From assembly GCA_963668625.2 (NCBI GenBank), contig CAXXKA010000008.1, positions 672,001 through 736,000 on the forward strand: DNA of 64,000 nucleotides, in the 5' to 3' direction. This DNA comes from an uncultured candidate division Zixibacteria bacterium. Its GTDB lineage: Bacteria; Zixibacteria; MSB-5A5; UBA10806; 4484-95. Position 1 is the stretch's first letter. Every line of letters begins with the position of its first letter. Below the pieces are notes generated by a model. That model was not told where the DNA came from. It saw only the letters and a list, made by a program, of their open reading frames with translations, and made no database searches. This document shows, piece after piece, positions 10,110-20,982 of the stretch. The position numbers and the translations under genes were made by a program.

Positions 10110-13100
10110 CTATTTAACCATAACCATCTTACGAGATTCCGTGAAATCATCGGCGGTAATCTTATAGAAATATATGCCGGTTGCGTATGGTGAGGCATTC
10201 CAGATCACGCTGTGATAACCGGCCGGCATCGCCTGATCCACGAGTGTTTCTACCTTACGTCCGAGTATATCGTAAATCTCCAGCTTAACCGGCGATTGCT
10301 CGGGCAGGTTGAAATTAATCGTGGTTTGAGGATTAAACGGATTGGGGTAGTTTTGCATAAGCTCATAAGTTAGCGGCAAGGCATTTTCGCCATCATCGAT
10401 ATCCGTAGGCTGAGCCGGCAAATAAGCCTCGTTAGAATAATTGCTTTCGGTGTCGCCGTCGTATATGGCGGTAATAACGTAGTAATTTTCACGGGTAGGA
10501 ATACATTCCTCATCCACGAAAGAAAGCTCGGTTATTAAAACGTCATTAACCGGCGTATCCCCGTATTGGGCTGGCTCATCGTTTCTGTATACGTTGTAAC
10601 CGTCCGGAGTTATACCCTCCGGAGCGACCCAACCGAGAATTACCTCGGATTGATTTACCAGTTCGACATCCAGATTGCCGGGAACCGGGTAAGGATTATC
10701 GGCCGTGATTTTAATATCATCGACGAACCATCCCTCCTCGGGAACACTGCCATCCGAGCCGAAACGGAATCGTATGTTAGCTGTTTCATTGGCGTAATCG
10801 CCGAGATCGAAAGTGATTTCCCGCCAGTTGCTCGTGCCCGAGAAAATCGGGGTTTCGGCGCTGAACGGTCCCGGAGTTCCGCCAATCCGTACGAAATATG
10901 GGTATCCGCCAACCGGGAATATCTGCTCCCAGTTTTCGCCGCCATCGATACTGAGCTCAACCAGGCCGCCATCATAAGCGTAGCTGGGATAGCTCGTGCT
11001 GTACTCGGCTCTAATCCACTGCCAGTATTTCAGAAGGCAGTTTTCGTTTAGATTGAGTTCCGACATTTCCAATCCGGCGTCGAGAAGATTGGCGTAGTCG
11101 CCCGATCCCTCATCGCCGCATTTCCAGCTATACTGACCGGACTCCGTATGATTGCGTTGATCGCTCAAATGCCATTGATCCAAGAATCCGCTCGAGATGT
11201 TAGAATGTTCCCAATCGCTCACGCCGCTTTCGAATGATTCGCTCATTCCACCGACAAGCATAGTAAAAGTCATACTGCTAAAATGGCCGTTGGAGGCATC
11301 CACTGAAAGCGTGAAACTAACGTCTTTTGGTATGGGACAATCCTCACTGACCGTTAGCATGCAGGCTGAATTTAAAGAAGCCTGCCCGCCCGGAGCTATT
11401 GGCCCACCGGGAGCGCCGTTGCCGGTAATCGTGATATTAGGATCATTGGTAAACACCAGCCCGTCGAACTCACCCAATTCACTGCTGCCTGAATTAAGAA
11501 TGCTGGGATTGAATTCAATGGTTTCGCCGGGATCGATAATACCGTCGCCGTTACCAGCCATATCATCGATGGTACATGAGACAAACGATGTAACAGGGGC
11601 GTGGGCAACCAGGTTGATCGTCCGTGTCCACGGATCCTCGCTGCCATCGGCGTACATCTCAACCTCTATACCGATATTATGCATATCCGGGCAATTAGGC
11701 GAGATACTAATAGTATAGCTATCCTCGCTCATGCCTGTTTCACCCGGGGCCATATCACCGAAAGAAGCGGTATTATCGATTGTGAATACATACGGATCAT
11801 CGCAGGAGATTAAAGCATAAATGTTATCCGCGTTCTCGCTACCGACATTCTCCAGGGTCATCCACAGCTCGATAGTCTCACCGTAATCCAGTATGCCGTC
11901 ATCATTGCCGCCGAGTTCATCATCGATTTCGTAGTTTTCATATGCAATATAAGGACCTTCAGGAGGAACTACGTCGATAGTAGTTTCATACATATCGAAA
12001 TTATGCGCGGTTGCTACGAGGTTCAGCTCCGTGGTATCATCCAGGCTGCCGATAATATCGATCGTAACTACGCCGGACTCATTGGTGAGGCCCCGGCCAA
12101 TACAAACGCCATTTTGAGATAGGGCGACACGGGCTCCGGAAATAGGATCGTCATCGCTATCGGCTAAGGTTACGGAAAAATCCTCCATACCGATCAGGAT
12201 CACATTGTCGTGACCGGCTGTCATCGGTACCGGCGCGGCCAACCACAGATCTAGTGTCGGATCGCCGAACAGGTTTGAGCAATAATGACACCAGCGGTTT
12301 TGCGCGAAATCTATATATGGTATATTATCCAGCTTGGCGTCGCTCTGGGTTTCGCCAACCCGAGTGATATTCTCATCAAGCATGGCATCGAAAAATTGTC
12401 TGTCGTAATACTGGGATGAGCCGTTGGTGCTGTCAACATCGCCCCAACCGTAGCGGCTGTTAGTTACCAGAATAACCGGGCCGTTCTCGATCGTGGTCCA
12501 GACCTCGGATATGCAATCCTGGCCGTAGCTTCCGTAAGAATCGCGGTTATCGAATGCACCGCAGTAACAGCCCTGCGAGTAAACGAGATAGTAACCATGG
12601 GTAACGCCGTCATTGGTGAAATTGTTATCGTTGATATTGCTATTATACAATTTCATCATGTAGGTATTATTGGCGTGTCCCAGATGGTTTACCAGTCCCA
12701 TACCGGCATTCAATCTCGGTACGAGATCGCCCAATGGGCTCCAGTCGCCGTTTAGATCATACAGCGTATCCTGATCGAAACCATAGCGTGGGAATCCCGC
12801 CGTATGATATCCCCAGGCATCCGATCCACAGCGTATTTCCTCTTTATAGGCTCGTCCCCAAACCTCCCAACCAAGGTCCTCACCGGTCATCAGGATATTG
12901 TTAACATCCTCGGCCACTGGCTGGTATTGGTACAAAATGGTTTTATTGATGAAATTTTCGGCCTCTGTCGGCGAATCTACCGCCATTCTTCCGATATAAA
13001 CCTCGCCGGCTAAATCGGCCTCGTCGGGCTCTCCCCAGCGGTTATCGCCATCTTGGTTCCAGGAGCCGTCCAGCCCGGCAAAATATATATCCGCCGGAAC

Positions 13101-14039
13101 ATCAAACTCATCCTCATAGCCACCTGCGTCATCGTATAAACCGCGATGAGGTACCAGCTCGGTATCGCCGGCCAGGAGCACGTATTCAACCCCGTGATTC
13201 TGGTACTGATCGATAATACAGTTCCTGATCATATCCTGCTGGTCACTACCGGTATATTGGCCGTAAATATCTGAAACCAGCATGATCTCGGTAAGGAAAC
13301 CGGTACGATTCTTATACGCGGCCAATTCCTCGAACGAGCTTTGCAGCGACTCCTCGGTGATAATCAGGTAATCATAATTACCGTCATCATCGACATCCAG
13401 AGAGGTTTGACCGTAGTATGAATTTATCGATTCGGTGTTATCTATATAACCGGTCAATTTCCGGTTGGTTTTACTATCGGTTCTTAAAAACATGCGATAG
13501 GCATCGTTGGCTTTCGCTGATGGCTCGGTTATGATATTAACCTCGATTTGCCTGTAATAATAAAGCTCGCCTGTTTTGGGATAGTACTCGAACGGACAGA
13601 CATTGAAATAAGCGATACCATGGCCGCGGAAAAACTGGGTGCTCAATCCCTGCTCCATTGTCGACGGGTATTTGCTATCGCTTTGGTAAACCGACACTAG
13701 AGGCTCGGTGCGCTCGAATGGTCCGGCGTACCCGATAGGGTATTGCCTGTTGGCCGGCGCGATATCGTAACTGCCCTGGACTTTCACCCTGTCGCCCAGC
13801 ACGTACTCTATCCTGACTGCCTCCTCACCCGCCGGTAGAAGAATAGACATTGCCTGACGGGGAAGCGGCGGTTCACCCGGGTTCGAGATAGTAAGGCATC
13901 CCGGAAGTGTAACACTTGCCAGGTTGTCAGCCTGTTTGATCTCTGGTTGATCGAAGTAAAGGGTTCTGCTAACCTGGCCTGCCGAAACGATGCCGGCCAT
14001 CATGCAGATTAATCCCAAAATAACCATCAGCTTGCGCAT
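10110..14039 (-). CDS. Gingipain-like C25 cysteine peptidase with propeptide, Ig-like, adhesin-like and FN3 domains and C-terminal sorting domain
   Basis: Signal peptide; PGEPPLP propeptide; YVLLAGD, DIYFA, IGRM, catalytic NHLGH and SQGCYCG, NLFGDP; C-terminal NYPNPFNP...KMVMVK. Confidence 0.93.
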   Translation of the reverse strand: MRKLMVILGLICMMAGIVSAGQVSRTLYFDQPEIKQADNLASVTLPGCLTISNPGEPPLPRQAMSILLPAGEEAVRIEYVLGDRVKVQGSYDIAPANRQYPIGYAGPFERTEPLVSVYQSDSKYPSTMEQGLSTQFFRGHGIAYFNVCPFEYYPKTGELYYYRQIEVNIITEPSAKANDAYRMFLRTDSKTNRKLTGYIDNTESINSYYGQTSLDVDDDGNYDYLIITEESLQSSFEELAAYKNRTGFLTEIMLVSDIYGQYTGSDQQDMIRNCIIDQYQNHGVEYVLLAGDTELVPHRGLYDDAGGYEDEFDVPADIYFAGLDGSWNQDGDNRWGEPDEADLAGEVYIGRMAVDSPTEAENFINKTILYQYQPVAEDVNNILMTGEDLGWEVWGRAYKEEIRCGSDAWGYHTAGFPRYGFDQDTLYDLNGDWSPLGDLVPRLNAGMGLVNHLGHANNTYMMKLYNSNINDNNFTNDGVTHGYYLVYSQGCYCGAFDNRDSYGSYGQDCISEVWTTIENGPVILVTNSRYGWGDVDSTNGSSQYYDRQFFDAMLDENITRVGETQSDAKLDNIPYIDFAQNRWCHYCSNLFGDPTLDLWLAAPVPMTAGHDNVILIGMEDFSVTLADSDDDPISGARVALSQNGVCIGRGLTNESGVVTIDIIGSLDDTTELNLVATAHNFDMYETTIDVVPPEGPYIAYENYEIDDELGGNDDGILDYGETIELWMTLENVGSENADNIYALISCDDPYVFTIDNTASFGDMAPGETGMSEDSYTISISPNCPDMHNIGIEVEMYADGSEDPWTRTINLVAHAPVTSFVSCTIDDMAGNGDGIIDPGETIEFNPSILNSGSSELGEFDGLVFTNDPNITITGNGAPGGPIAPGGQASLNSACMLTVSEDCPIPKDVSFTLSVDASNGHFSSMTFTMLVGGMSESFESGVSDWEHSNISSGFLDQWHLSDQRNHTESGQYSWKCGDEGSGDYANLLDAGLEMSELNLNENCLLKYWQWIRAEYSTSYPSYAYDGGLVELSIDGGENWEQIFPVGGYPYFVRIGGTPGPFSAETPIFSGTSNWREITFDLGDYANETANIRFRFGSDGSVPEEGWFVDDIKITADNPYPVPGNLDVELVNQSEVILGWVAPEGITPDGYNVYRNDEPAQYGDTPVNDVLITELSFVDEECIPTRENYYVITAIYDGDTESNYSNEAYLPAQPTDIDDGENALPLTYELMQNYPNPFNPQTTINFNLPEQSPVKLEIYDILGRKVETLVDQAMPAGYHSVIWNASPYATGIYFYKITADDFTESRKMVMVK

Positions 14040-14559
14040 GCTTGTATCTCCTTTCGATATGTTTACGGAGCTAATATTCTAAATATAACAGAATTTGATA
14101 CAATTTCCATACCAAAATGGCTAATTGCTATCAAATAAGCCAAGCCTATATTAGCTAAAGAATTAACAGAAATAAATCGGTACGAAAAAATAATTTTGGT
14201 AAGGAATTTGTGATTAATAATAACATCAATACTATTCGCTGATAATTAGCGTTATAAACATATACAATTGAACAATTTATGTTACCATTAATAACTAAAA
14301 CATATTCGCTAAATTGGTTAATTTCTAATAAATAAACTGTGTTGTTTCTGATCTCAAAGTAGCGTAGCCCGAAGGTCTTATCATATATATTATTATGACA
14401 GTCAATATCCCTGACAACACCTTGCCGGTCAAGACTTGATATAACTGAAAGCATAAGGTTTGAATAAACAATTAATGATATATCAAGGTAATTCTTCTCG
14501 GAATATCAATTAGCTGCAAGTATATTCAGGCAAATTCAATCTAATATTAAAGCAATGGG

Positions 14560-15339
14560 GTGGATTTGAAAGAAATACGAAGGGATTCTAAAATAGGTCT
14601 GGCGCTTGGTGGGGGCGCGGTTCTCGGTGCTGCTCATATTGGAGTGTTGAAAGCGCTCGATGATTACGATATCAAGCCAGCCTGCATAGCGGGCACGAGT
14701 ATAGGCTCGTTCGTCGGAGCGCTTTACGCGTTCGGTAAATGCTCTGAAGAGGTAGAAAAAATCGGGCTGGATTTGAAATGGCTGGACATATCGGGGTTAT
14801 CCCTTTCTCATTTCGGTTTATTATCCAATAAAAAGATGGCTAAACTTCTAAATGAAAATATCAGCGAGGCATTGTTCGATCAGGCCTCAATACCGTTTTC
14901 CGTGATAGCCACCGATATTTCCAACGGCGAGAAGGCTACCCTTAGCACCGGCAGTGTCGCCTCGGCTGTCATGGCCAGTACCTGCATTCCCGGAATATTC
15001 AAACCGGTTGAAATTGGGGGCAGGCTTTTAGTTGATGGCGGTATAGTCGAGAACGTGCCGGTCTCTCCACTCAAAGATATGGGAGCCGAAATTATCATCG
15101 GTGTGGATTTGATCTCCGGGTTATCACATAAACGACCGCATAACATTATCGAGGTACTGCTTAATTCATTCATGTTCGCCCTGCAAACGGCATCCAAGAT
15201 TCAGACCGAGGCGGCGGATATACTGATAAAGCCGGATTTATCGGCATTCAATATGGTCGATACCGACCAGGCGCCGAAGTTGATCGAAGAAGGTTATGAT
15301 GAGGCGATCTCGGTGCTGAACGAATACGTTATAATCTAG
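14560..15339 (+). CDS. Patatin-like phospholipase (RssA/NTE family)
   Basis: LALGGGAVLGAAHIGV, GTSIG nucleophile elbow, LVDGG. Confidence 0.93.
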   Translation: MDLKEIRRDSKIGLALGGGAVLGAAHIGVLKALDDYDIKPACIAGTSIGSFVGALYAFGKCSEEVEKIGLDLKWLDISGLSLSHFGLLSNKKMAKLLNENISEALFDQASIPFSVIATDISNGEKATLSTGSVASAVMASTCIPGIFKPVEIGGRLLVDGGIVENVPVSPLKDMGAEIIIGVDLISGLSHKRPHNIIEVLLNSFMFALQTASKIQTEAADILIKPDLSAFNMVDTDQAPKLIEEGYDEAISVLNEYVII

Positions 15340-15391
15340 GGTAAATTTTGACCTTGAAACAATTCCATATAGGACTATAACTAAATCGTAT

Positions 15392-15808
15392 TTACTGAAG
15401 GTTTCTATAGTAGTGAAAGCTGGAAAGCAATAATGCCGAGCCGATCGCGATATAGAATGGAGCTAGATATATTTTCGGGATAGGCGAGTGACGAAGCCCG
15501 TAGCCCATAGATATCATTATCAGCACGATAAAATAGCTTCGCTTATCCTGGAAAGCGAACAGGCAAACTTTGTCTTTACCCGGCGCCTGGGCATGGATTC
15601 TGTTCAAATTCTTTTTAGCCAGTTTGACAAACTGCAACCGGTATATCGCGAAGCCAAGTGTAATACCGATGGCTATCGATAGCAGCCAGTTACCGGAGTT
15701 AATATATATCCACATACCGGCGACCGTAATCAGCGCGACTCCGACTATACTCCAGAGCAGCCCGGCCAGGAACACCAGCATTTTTCTATTTACAGCAGGT
15801 GTATTCAT
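15392..15808 (-). CDS. Hypothetical membrane protein (4 TM)
   Basis: Four hydrophobic segments in 138 aa. Confidence 0.75.
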   Translation of the reverse strand: MNTPAVNRKMLVFLAGLLWSIVGVALITVAGMWIYINSGNWLLSIAIGITLGFAIYRLQFVKLAKKNLNRIHAQAPGKDKVCLFAFQDKRSYFIVLIMISMGYGLRHSPIPKIYLAPFYIAIGSALLLSSFHYYRNLQ

Positions 15809-15925
15809 TTGGGTGATATAATAAATCTAGAAGAGAATGGCAAGTTTAACCGCCGATGTTAAGTTGACAACTCGTTACATTGAGATGCCAGGCGTAAGAA
15901 GTCTTTAATTCCACCCCTCTGTTGC

Positions 15926-16921
15926 CTAAAACTTCTTCTCATGCACATGACAGTACGGTGTCTTGCCGTTGCCCTCGTAGTAATCCTGATGGTAATCCTC
16001 GGCGGCATAGAATTCGCCCGCTTTCTCAACCTCGGTGACTACCTTATAGCCTTTTTCTTTGAGTACATCTATCAGCCTATCGGCGGTAAATTTCTGCTCG
16101 GCGCTGGTATAGAATACCGCCGAACGATACTGCGGGCCGATGTCGGGCCCCTGGCGGTTCTCCTGGCCGGGATCATGTATCTCGAAAAAGTACTTGGCCA
16201 ACTCCTCGAACGATATTTTCGCCGGATCGAATTTTACCTCAACCGCCTCTGCATGGCCGGTGTTTTCGTGGCATACTTGATAGTATGTCGGGTTCTCCAC
16301 ATGTCCGCCCATGAATCCGGAACGGGCATCGATGACACCATCTAGTTGCTCCAATAGATACTCGACTCCCCAGAAACATCCACCGGCAAAATAAGCGGTT
16401 TCCACTTTACTCTCGGTGATCACTGGCGGAAGCTCCTCGTCTTTTGGCACGAAACTCAGAGATATCGAATTCACGCAGTGACGGACGTTTTTATCGGTGA
16501 AATGCTCACCCTCGAATACGTGGCCGAGATGGCCGCCGCAATTAGTACAGGTAATTTCCGTGCGATGACCATCGGCATCCAGGGTATGCCTGACCGCGCC
16601 GGGAATCTCATCATCGAAACTGGGCCAGCCGCAGCCGGAATCGAACTTATCGGTGGAGTGATAAAGTGGAGCGTTGCACTGTTTACAGATAAACGTACCG
16701 TTATCCTTGAAATGCTCGTATTTACCGCTGCCGGGACGCTCGGTACCTTTATGTACGATAACTCGCGCCTCCTCCGGGGTTAACTCGTTATATTTCATTT
16801 CGCTACTCTCCCCCATATCGTTGTCGGCGTATGATGATTTCTGTGATATCGTCAATCCGATGAATACCGCCAGTATTATCATCGCTATGCCTAATCCTGC
16901 CGAATATGTTTTCATGTTCAT
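15926..16921 (-). CDS. msrAB: Exported bifunctional methionine sulfoxide reductase MsrB-MsrA
   Basis: N-terminal signal/anchor; MsrB motifs KGTERP, DSGCGWPSF, GHLGHVF, RHCVNS; MsrA motifs FAGGCFWG, GHAEAV, QYRS, AEDYHQDY. Confidence 0.95.
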   Translation of the reverse strand: MNMKTYSAGLGIAMIILAVFIGLTISQKSSYADNDMGESSEMKYNELTPEEARVIVHKGTERPGSGKYEHFKDNGTFICKQCNAPLYHSTDKFDSGCGWPSFDDEIPGAVRHTLDADGHRTEITCTNCGGHLGHVFEGEHFTDKNVRHCVNSISLSFVPKDEELPPVITESKVETAYFAGGCFWGVEYLLEQLDGVIDARSGFMGGHVENPTYYQVCHENTGHAEAVEVKFDPAKISFEELAKYFFEIHDPGQENRQGPDIGPQYRSAVFYTSAEQKFTADRLIDVLKEKGYKVVTEVEKAGEFYAAEDYHQDYYEGNGKTPYCHVHEKKF

Positions 16922-17110
16922 CTCCTTATTAAGGCATTGCTGTTAGTGTAAACAAAGAATCGCGGCGTAATTGTTTCCACTATGACGGGAAAATGTCATA
17001 ATTACAAAAGTTAAACATTTATTGTCACAGTAACAACATAGCCGTTGATTAAAATGGCTTTACGATGAATTATAAAATATCAATGATGATCGAAGATTTT
17101 TAACCGGCAG

Positions 17111-17836
17111 GTGAATATGACATTCAAGAATTCTTACGAGGATATAACCCGGGCCGAATCGTATGCCAAACTGGAATACCCCGGTACTTACTATCTGGCA
17201 TTTCGGGATATCCCCGGGTTTCTAAATATGCATGTAATCGGCAAACAGTCGCTCGATTTCGGCTGTGGTACCGGACGGTCTACCCGTTACCTTAAAAGCC
17301 TGGGATTCGATACGATCGGAATCGATATATCGAAGGAGATGCTGGCCATTGCCCGCCGTCTCGATAGCGAAGGGGAGTATCTGCTGGTAGATAATGGAGA
17401 CCTAAGCGCGCTCGAGGGCAGAAGGTTCGATCTTGTTTTCTCCTCATTCACTTTCGATAATATTCCCTCGATAAGTAATAAGATTGGTTTATTTGCGCAG
17501 TTCAAATCTATGCTGAACGAAAACGGAGTCATGTTGAACATGGTCTCCACACCGGATATGTATTTGAACGAGTGGCATTCGTTTTCGACAAAAGATTACC
17601 CGGAAAACCATCGGGCCAAGGCCGGTGATATTGTCAGAATTATCACTACCGCGGTTGAGGATAAACGTCCGGTGGAGGATATATTGATGACCGATGAGGC
17701 GTACCGCGAGGTATATGCTAAAGCCGGTTTAACGGTTATAGAAACTCACAGGCCTCTCGGTAAAGCACATGAGCCATACGACTGGGTGAACGAGACCAAG
17801 ATTGCTCCCTGGGCGATCTATATATTAAGAGCATAG
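17111..17836 (+). CDS. Class I SAM-dependent methyltransferase
   Basis: LDFGCGTG motif I, GIDISKEML motif II. Confidence 0.9.
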   Translation: MNMTFKNSYEDITRAESYAKLEYPGTYYLAFRDIPGFLNMHVIGKQSLDFGCGTGRSTRYLKSLGFDTIGIDISKEMLAIARRLDSEGEYLLVDNGDLSALEGRRFDLVFSSFTFDNIPSISNKIGLFAQFKSMLNENGVMLNMVSTPDMYLNEWHSFSTKDYPENHRAKAGDIVRIITTAVEDKRPVEDILMTDEAYREVYAKAGLTVIETHRPLGKAHEPYDWVNETKIAPWAIYILRA

Positions 17837-17884
17837 ACGGATATCCGTTAATATCGAATCAGTCTGTTAGTAGGTTTCGGATAG

Positions 17885-19210
17885 CTAATTACCAACTCGT
17901 TTCTGGGCCGGGTAGGTATCGCCATCGCTGTCCAACTCGTAAAGCTCGACTATTTCCCCGTATATATCCCTGACGAATTGAACCCTGTATTTGGCGTAAT
18001 TCTCCTCAGCATATTTAAAAAGATCATTCCCCATAGGAACAAGCTCGTGATAGCCACCTCTGCCCCATGTATAAAATATTCTGTTGCATTTAACGGTGAT
18101 CGTGTCACTTTCGCCATAAACGCCTGCATATTCTAACAAGATTTCGCTATCTATAGTCACCTGGTTCATATCGCTCTCATAGTAAGTCATCGTCCATTCC
18201 AACAGATATCTCGTATCCTCGGCTTCCTCGGATTCGAGCAGATATTTGCATGCCTCAAAGTTGGCAACGATAAAGGCCTTATCGGTTGGAGTCTCAATAT
18301 CCGGTATTATCCCATTAATATAATTTGTTTTGGAGTACGGATTGATATCACTGGTGTACGGTACTTTCATATTGATTCCGAGTTCGGGGAAACTCATATA
18401 TTTAACCGAATGCGCCCCGCCTTTGGTTTTCTGGCCAATAATAGTCGCTTTGCCCAGTTGCTGAAGTTGATATGAGAACGCCTCGGTGGCCGAATATGAA
18501 AAGCCGCTCAGAAGAATATACACCGGAATATCAGTAAGCTTTGGCCCGGCTACGCTCTCCATTGTCCAGACTTCCTCGGTAGTATTGGTCGAACGGGTGT
18601 AAATATCGGTCAGATGCGTCCGCTTGTCGAAAAGGTAACTGCATAACAATATTCCCATATCCGTATCACCGCCTCCGTTCAAGCGAAGGTCAAAAATCAA
18701 GGCATCACAGTTAGCCACGAAATTCATTGCCGCAATCGCCGTTGCTCCGGCGCTCTTCGGATTATTAAAAGTAACGAGTTCGATATAACCGATATTTCCC
18801 GGCAGTATCTCTACTTTATGAAAGCCAAAATTATCCTCGGGGGAACCAAGTTTTGTTTCATGCGCCAGGTCATCGGGTATTTTCTCGTATGGATAAATCT
18901 TAATATGATGATCGTTGGATATCTCGCGCAGGTCCGAGGTCAATTTTGCCGTGAGCTCGGGAATTTCCGTAAGACTATCGTATTCGTACCTTCTATATTT
19001 ACCATTAATGTAATCGGTCATCGAAACAGCTACATCCTCCAAAGGATATAACTCATTAAATACCTTATCTATTTTACTAATAATCGCAGAACGTTTTTGG
19101 TTGCTCAGAATGGTATCGTCGGAGCTATAGTCATTTTGCGATAAAGCCGGAGTGACCAGAACCGAAAATACCAGGATTAGATAGGCTGCTAATTTTAATA
19201 ATCGATACAT
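17885..19210 (-). CDS. Secreted S41-family peptidase (IRBP/tricorn-like)
   Basis: Signal peptide; GNIGYI, DLRLNGGG, SYSATEAF, IIGQKTKGGAH, GIIPD. Confidence 0.9.
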   Translation of the reverse strand: MYRLLKLAAYLILVFSVLVTPALSQNDYSSDDTILSNQKRSAIISKIDKVFNELYPLEDVAVSMTDYINGKYRRYEYDSLTEIPELTAKLTSDLREISNDHHIKIYPYEKIPDDLAHETKLGSPEDNFGFHKVEILPGNIGYIELVTFNNPKSAGATAIAAMNFVANCDALIFDLRLNGGGDTDMGILLCSYLFDKRTHLTDIYTRSTNTTEEVWTMESVAGPKLTDIPVYILLSGFSYSATEAFSYQLQQLGKATIIGQKTKGGAHSVKYMSFPELGINMKVPYTSDINPYSKTNYINGIIPDIETPTDKAFIVANFEACKYLLESEEAEDTRYLLEWTMTYYESDMNQVTIDSEILLEYAGVYGESDTITVKCNRIFYTWGRGGYHELVPMGNDLFKYAEENYAKYRVQFVRDIYGEIVELYELDSDGDTYPAQKRVGN

Positions 19211-19376
19211 GGTAGTTCACCTTCTCCGTGGTTAAATATTAGTACAAGATTTATATTCATATTTATCTTACGAAAACAGGTTTCCAAAGTAACAAAATAA
19301 TATTAGCTAGAGAAATAATTCTATTTCATGATAATATTATTTCAACTAGCTACGAACTTACGGATTATCTTTCCCT

Positions 19377-19474
19377 TCTCGTTGCGACGCGCCGCTTCGC
19401 AACGTGGCTTCCGTGCAGGAAGAATGCTCATTTACATGACTCATGAAGGTTTCCAAGCAACACTTGGAAACCAG
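19377..19474 (+). repeat. Diverged REP-like doublet of the MITE family
   Basis: TCTCGTTGCGACGCGCCGCTTCGCAACG ... GGTTTCCAAGCAACACTTGGAAACCAG. Confidence 0.8.
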
Positions 19475-19577
19475 GCGGAAAAGATTATTCTATGAAATTA
19501 AATGGCAATAGTGTCAGGATGGCGCTCCGTTTTCATACTGACATATCCCGGCGTGGTAAGATATAACTATATATTAA

Positions 19578-20843
19578 CACTAGTGTCCGGGCTTTGAGGC
19601 TGGCTTGACAGACCTCCTATAATAAGGGTGTAAACGCTAATTATAACACCTTTGTTTACAGGAGGTTAAAAATGCAAGGGAAGGTTACAATACTTCGCCA
19701 GATAACGCAAATGATTTCTCGATACGATTTCCAAAAAGCAGTTTCGACTGGCAAAGGGCGGCATTTCACGGTTTCTTTCGGCTACTGGTCGCACCTGGTG
19801 GCGATGATATTCGGGCAATTATCGGAGCAGCAATCGCTGCGTGATCTGGTCTTGAATCTTTCCCGTCAGGCGCATAGGTTTTACCATCTGGGTATGTCAA
19901 AGATACGCCGTTCGACTTTTTCGGATGCCAACAATCATCGGCCCTCGGCAATATACGAGAACTTGTTTTACATATTATTGAATCGTTACGGTTGTCATTT
20001 TCAAGGCAAAAACCGGAAGCTGGGGAATAAATTATACTCAGTTGATTCGACGGTCATAGATTTGTGTCTGGGGTTATTTTATTGGGCTAAATTCAGAACG
20101 ACCAAGGCCGGTGTCAAGCTTCATGTCAGGTTAAACCATGATGGTTACATCCCTGATTTTGCGGTTGTCACCAATGCCAATATTCATGATTCCAGAGTCA
20201 GGAAGATGTTCAATTTACCGGCTGGCAGTATCGTGACTTTCGACAAAGGCTACAATGACTACAGTCTTTTCAAGTTATTAAATGATAAGGGGATAATCTT
20301 TGTCACGCGGCAGAAGAATAACGCTAAATACAAAGTAATCAAACGGTGTAGAACTAATCGTAAGCAAGGAGTCACCTCCGATCATTGGATTGAATTTACC
20401 GGTTTTTACTCCAAGCAAAAATGTTCGATTAGGCTGAGACGAATCCGTTATATCGATAAAGAAACCGGTAAAGTTTATGTATTCCTGACCAATGATTTCA
20501 AACATGCCGCCTCGACTATTGCCGACATTTATAAGCAGCGCTGGCAGATAGAATTGTTTTTTAAAGCGTTAAAACAGAACCTTGTGATCAAGACTTTCTG
20601 GGGTACCTCCAAGAACGCAGTATATTCCCAGATCTGGGTGGCTTTGATAATCTATTTGTTAATGAGCGCGCTGAAATACAAATACAAAATATCGGCCTCA
20701 GTTGGAAAGTTAATTCAGAGAATCCGGTCATTCGTGTTTGAAAAAGATGATGTCCTGAGATTCCTTAAAGACCAAATACCAATCCCAATACAAATCGCTC
20801 AAACATCTCAAATTAACCTGTCCCTAAAGGCCGGACACTAGTG
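19578..20843 (+). mobile_element. Complete IS4-family insertion sequence (1266 bp)
   Basis: 18-bp TIRs CACTAGTGTCCGG(G/C)CTTT; perfect 9-bp TSD ATATATTAA at 19569-19577 and 20844-20852. Confidence 0.95.
19672..20841 (+). CDS. IS4-family DDE transposase (DUF4372-type N-terminus)
   Basis: SLRDL, RRSTFSDAN, VDST, KAGVKLH, FDKGY, YKQRWQIELFFKALKQ (YREK signature); stop codon inside right TIR. Confidence 0.95.
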   Translation: MQGKVTILRQITQMISRYDFQKAVSTGKGRHFTVSFGYWSHLVAMIFGQLSEQQSLRDLVLNLSRQAHRFYHLGMSKIRRSTFSDANNHRPSAIYENLFYILLNRYGCHFQGKNRKLGNKLYSVDSTVIDLCLGLFYWAKFRTTKAGVKLHVRLNHDGYIPDFAVVTNANIHDSRVRKMFNLPAGSIVTFDKGYNDYSLFKLLNDKGIIFVTRQKNNAKYKVIKRCRTNRKQGVTSDHWIEFTGFYSKQKCSIRLRRIRYIDKETGKVYVFLTNDFKHAASTIADIYKQRWQIELFFKALKQNLVIKTFWGTSKNAVYSQIWVALIIYLLMSALKYKYKISASVGKLIQRIRSFVFEKDDVLRFLKDQIPIPIQIAQTSQINLSLKAGH

Positions 20844-20915
20844 ATATATTAACATAACTAATCCCAATCCGATACCTCAAGATGGGAGGTTCGATATCCT
20901 GATTTCACTCAAATT

Positions 20916-20933
20916 AAAGACCGGACACCAGTG
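20916..20933 (+). mobile_element. Orphan IS4/MITE right terminal inverted repeat
   Basis: AAAGACCGGACACCAGTG, ending 90 bp downstream of the IS right end. Confidence 0.7.
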
Positions 20934-20982
20934 ATATGAGGTTAGTATAAACATACGAACTATCTTCGAAAATATTTCCCGA

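Noticed and set aside
14155-14454. 99-aa ORF in the AT-rich intergenic region
   Set aside because: No RBS or motif; lies in the divergent promoter region; likely spurious
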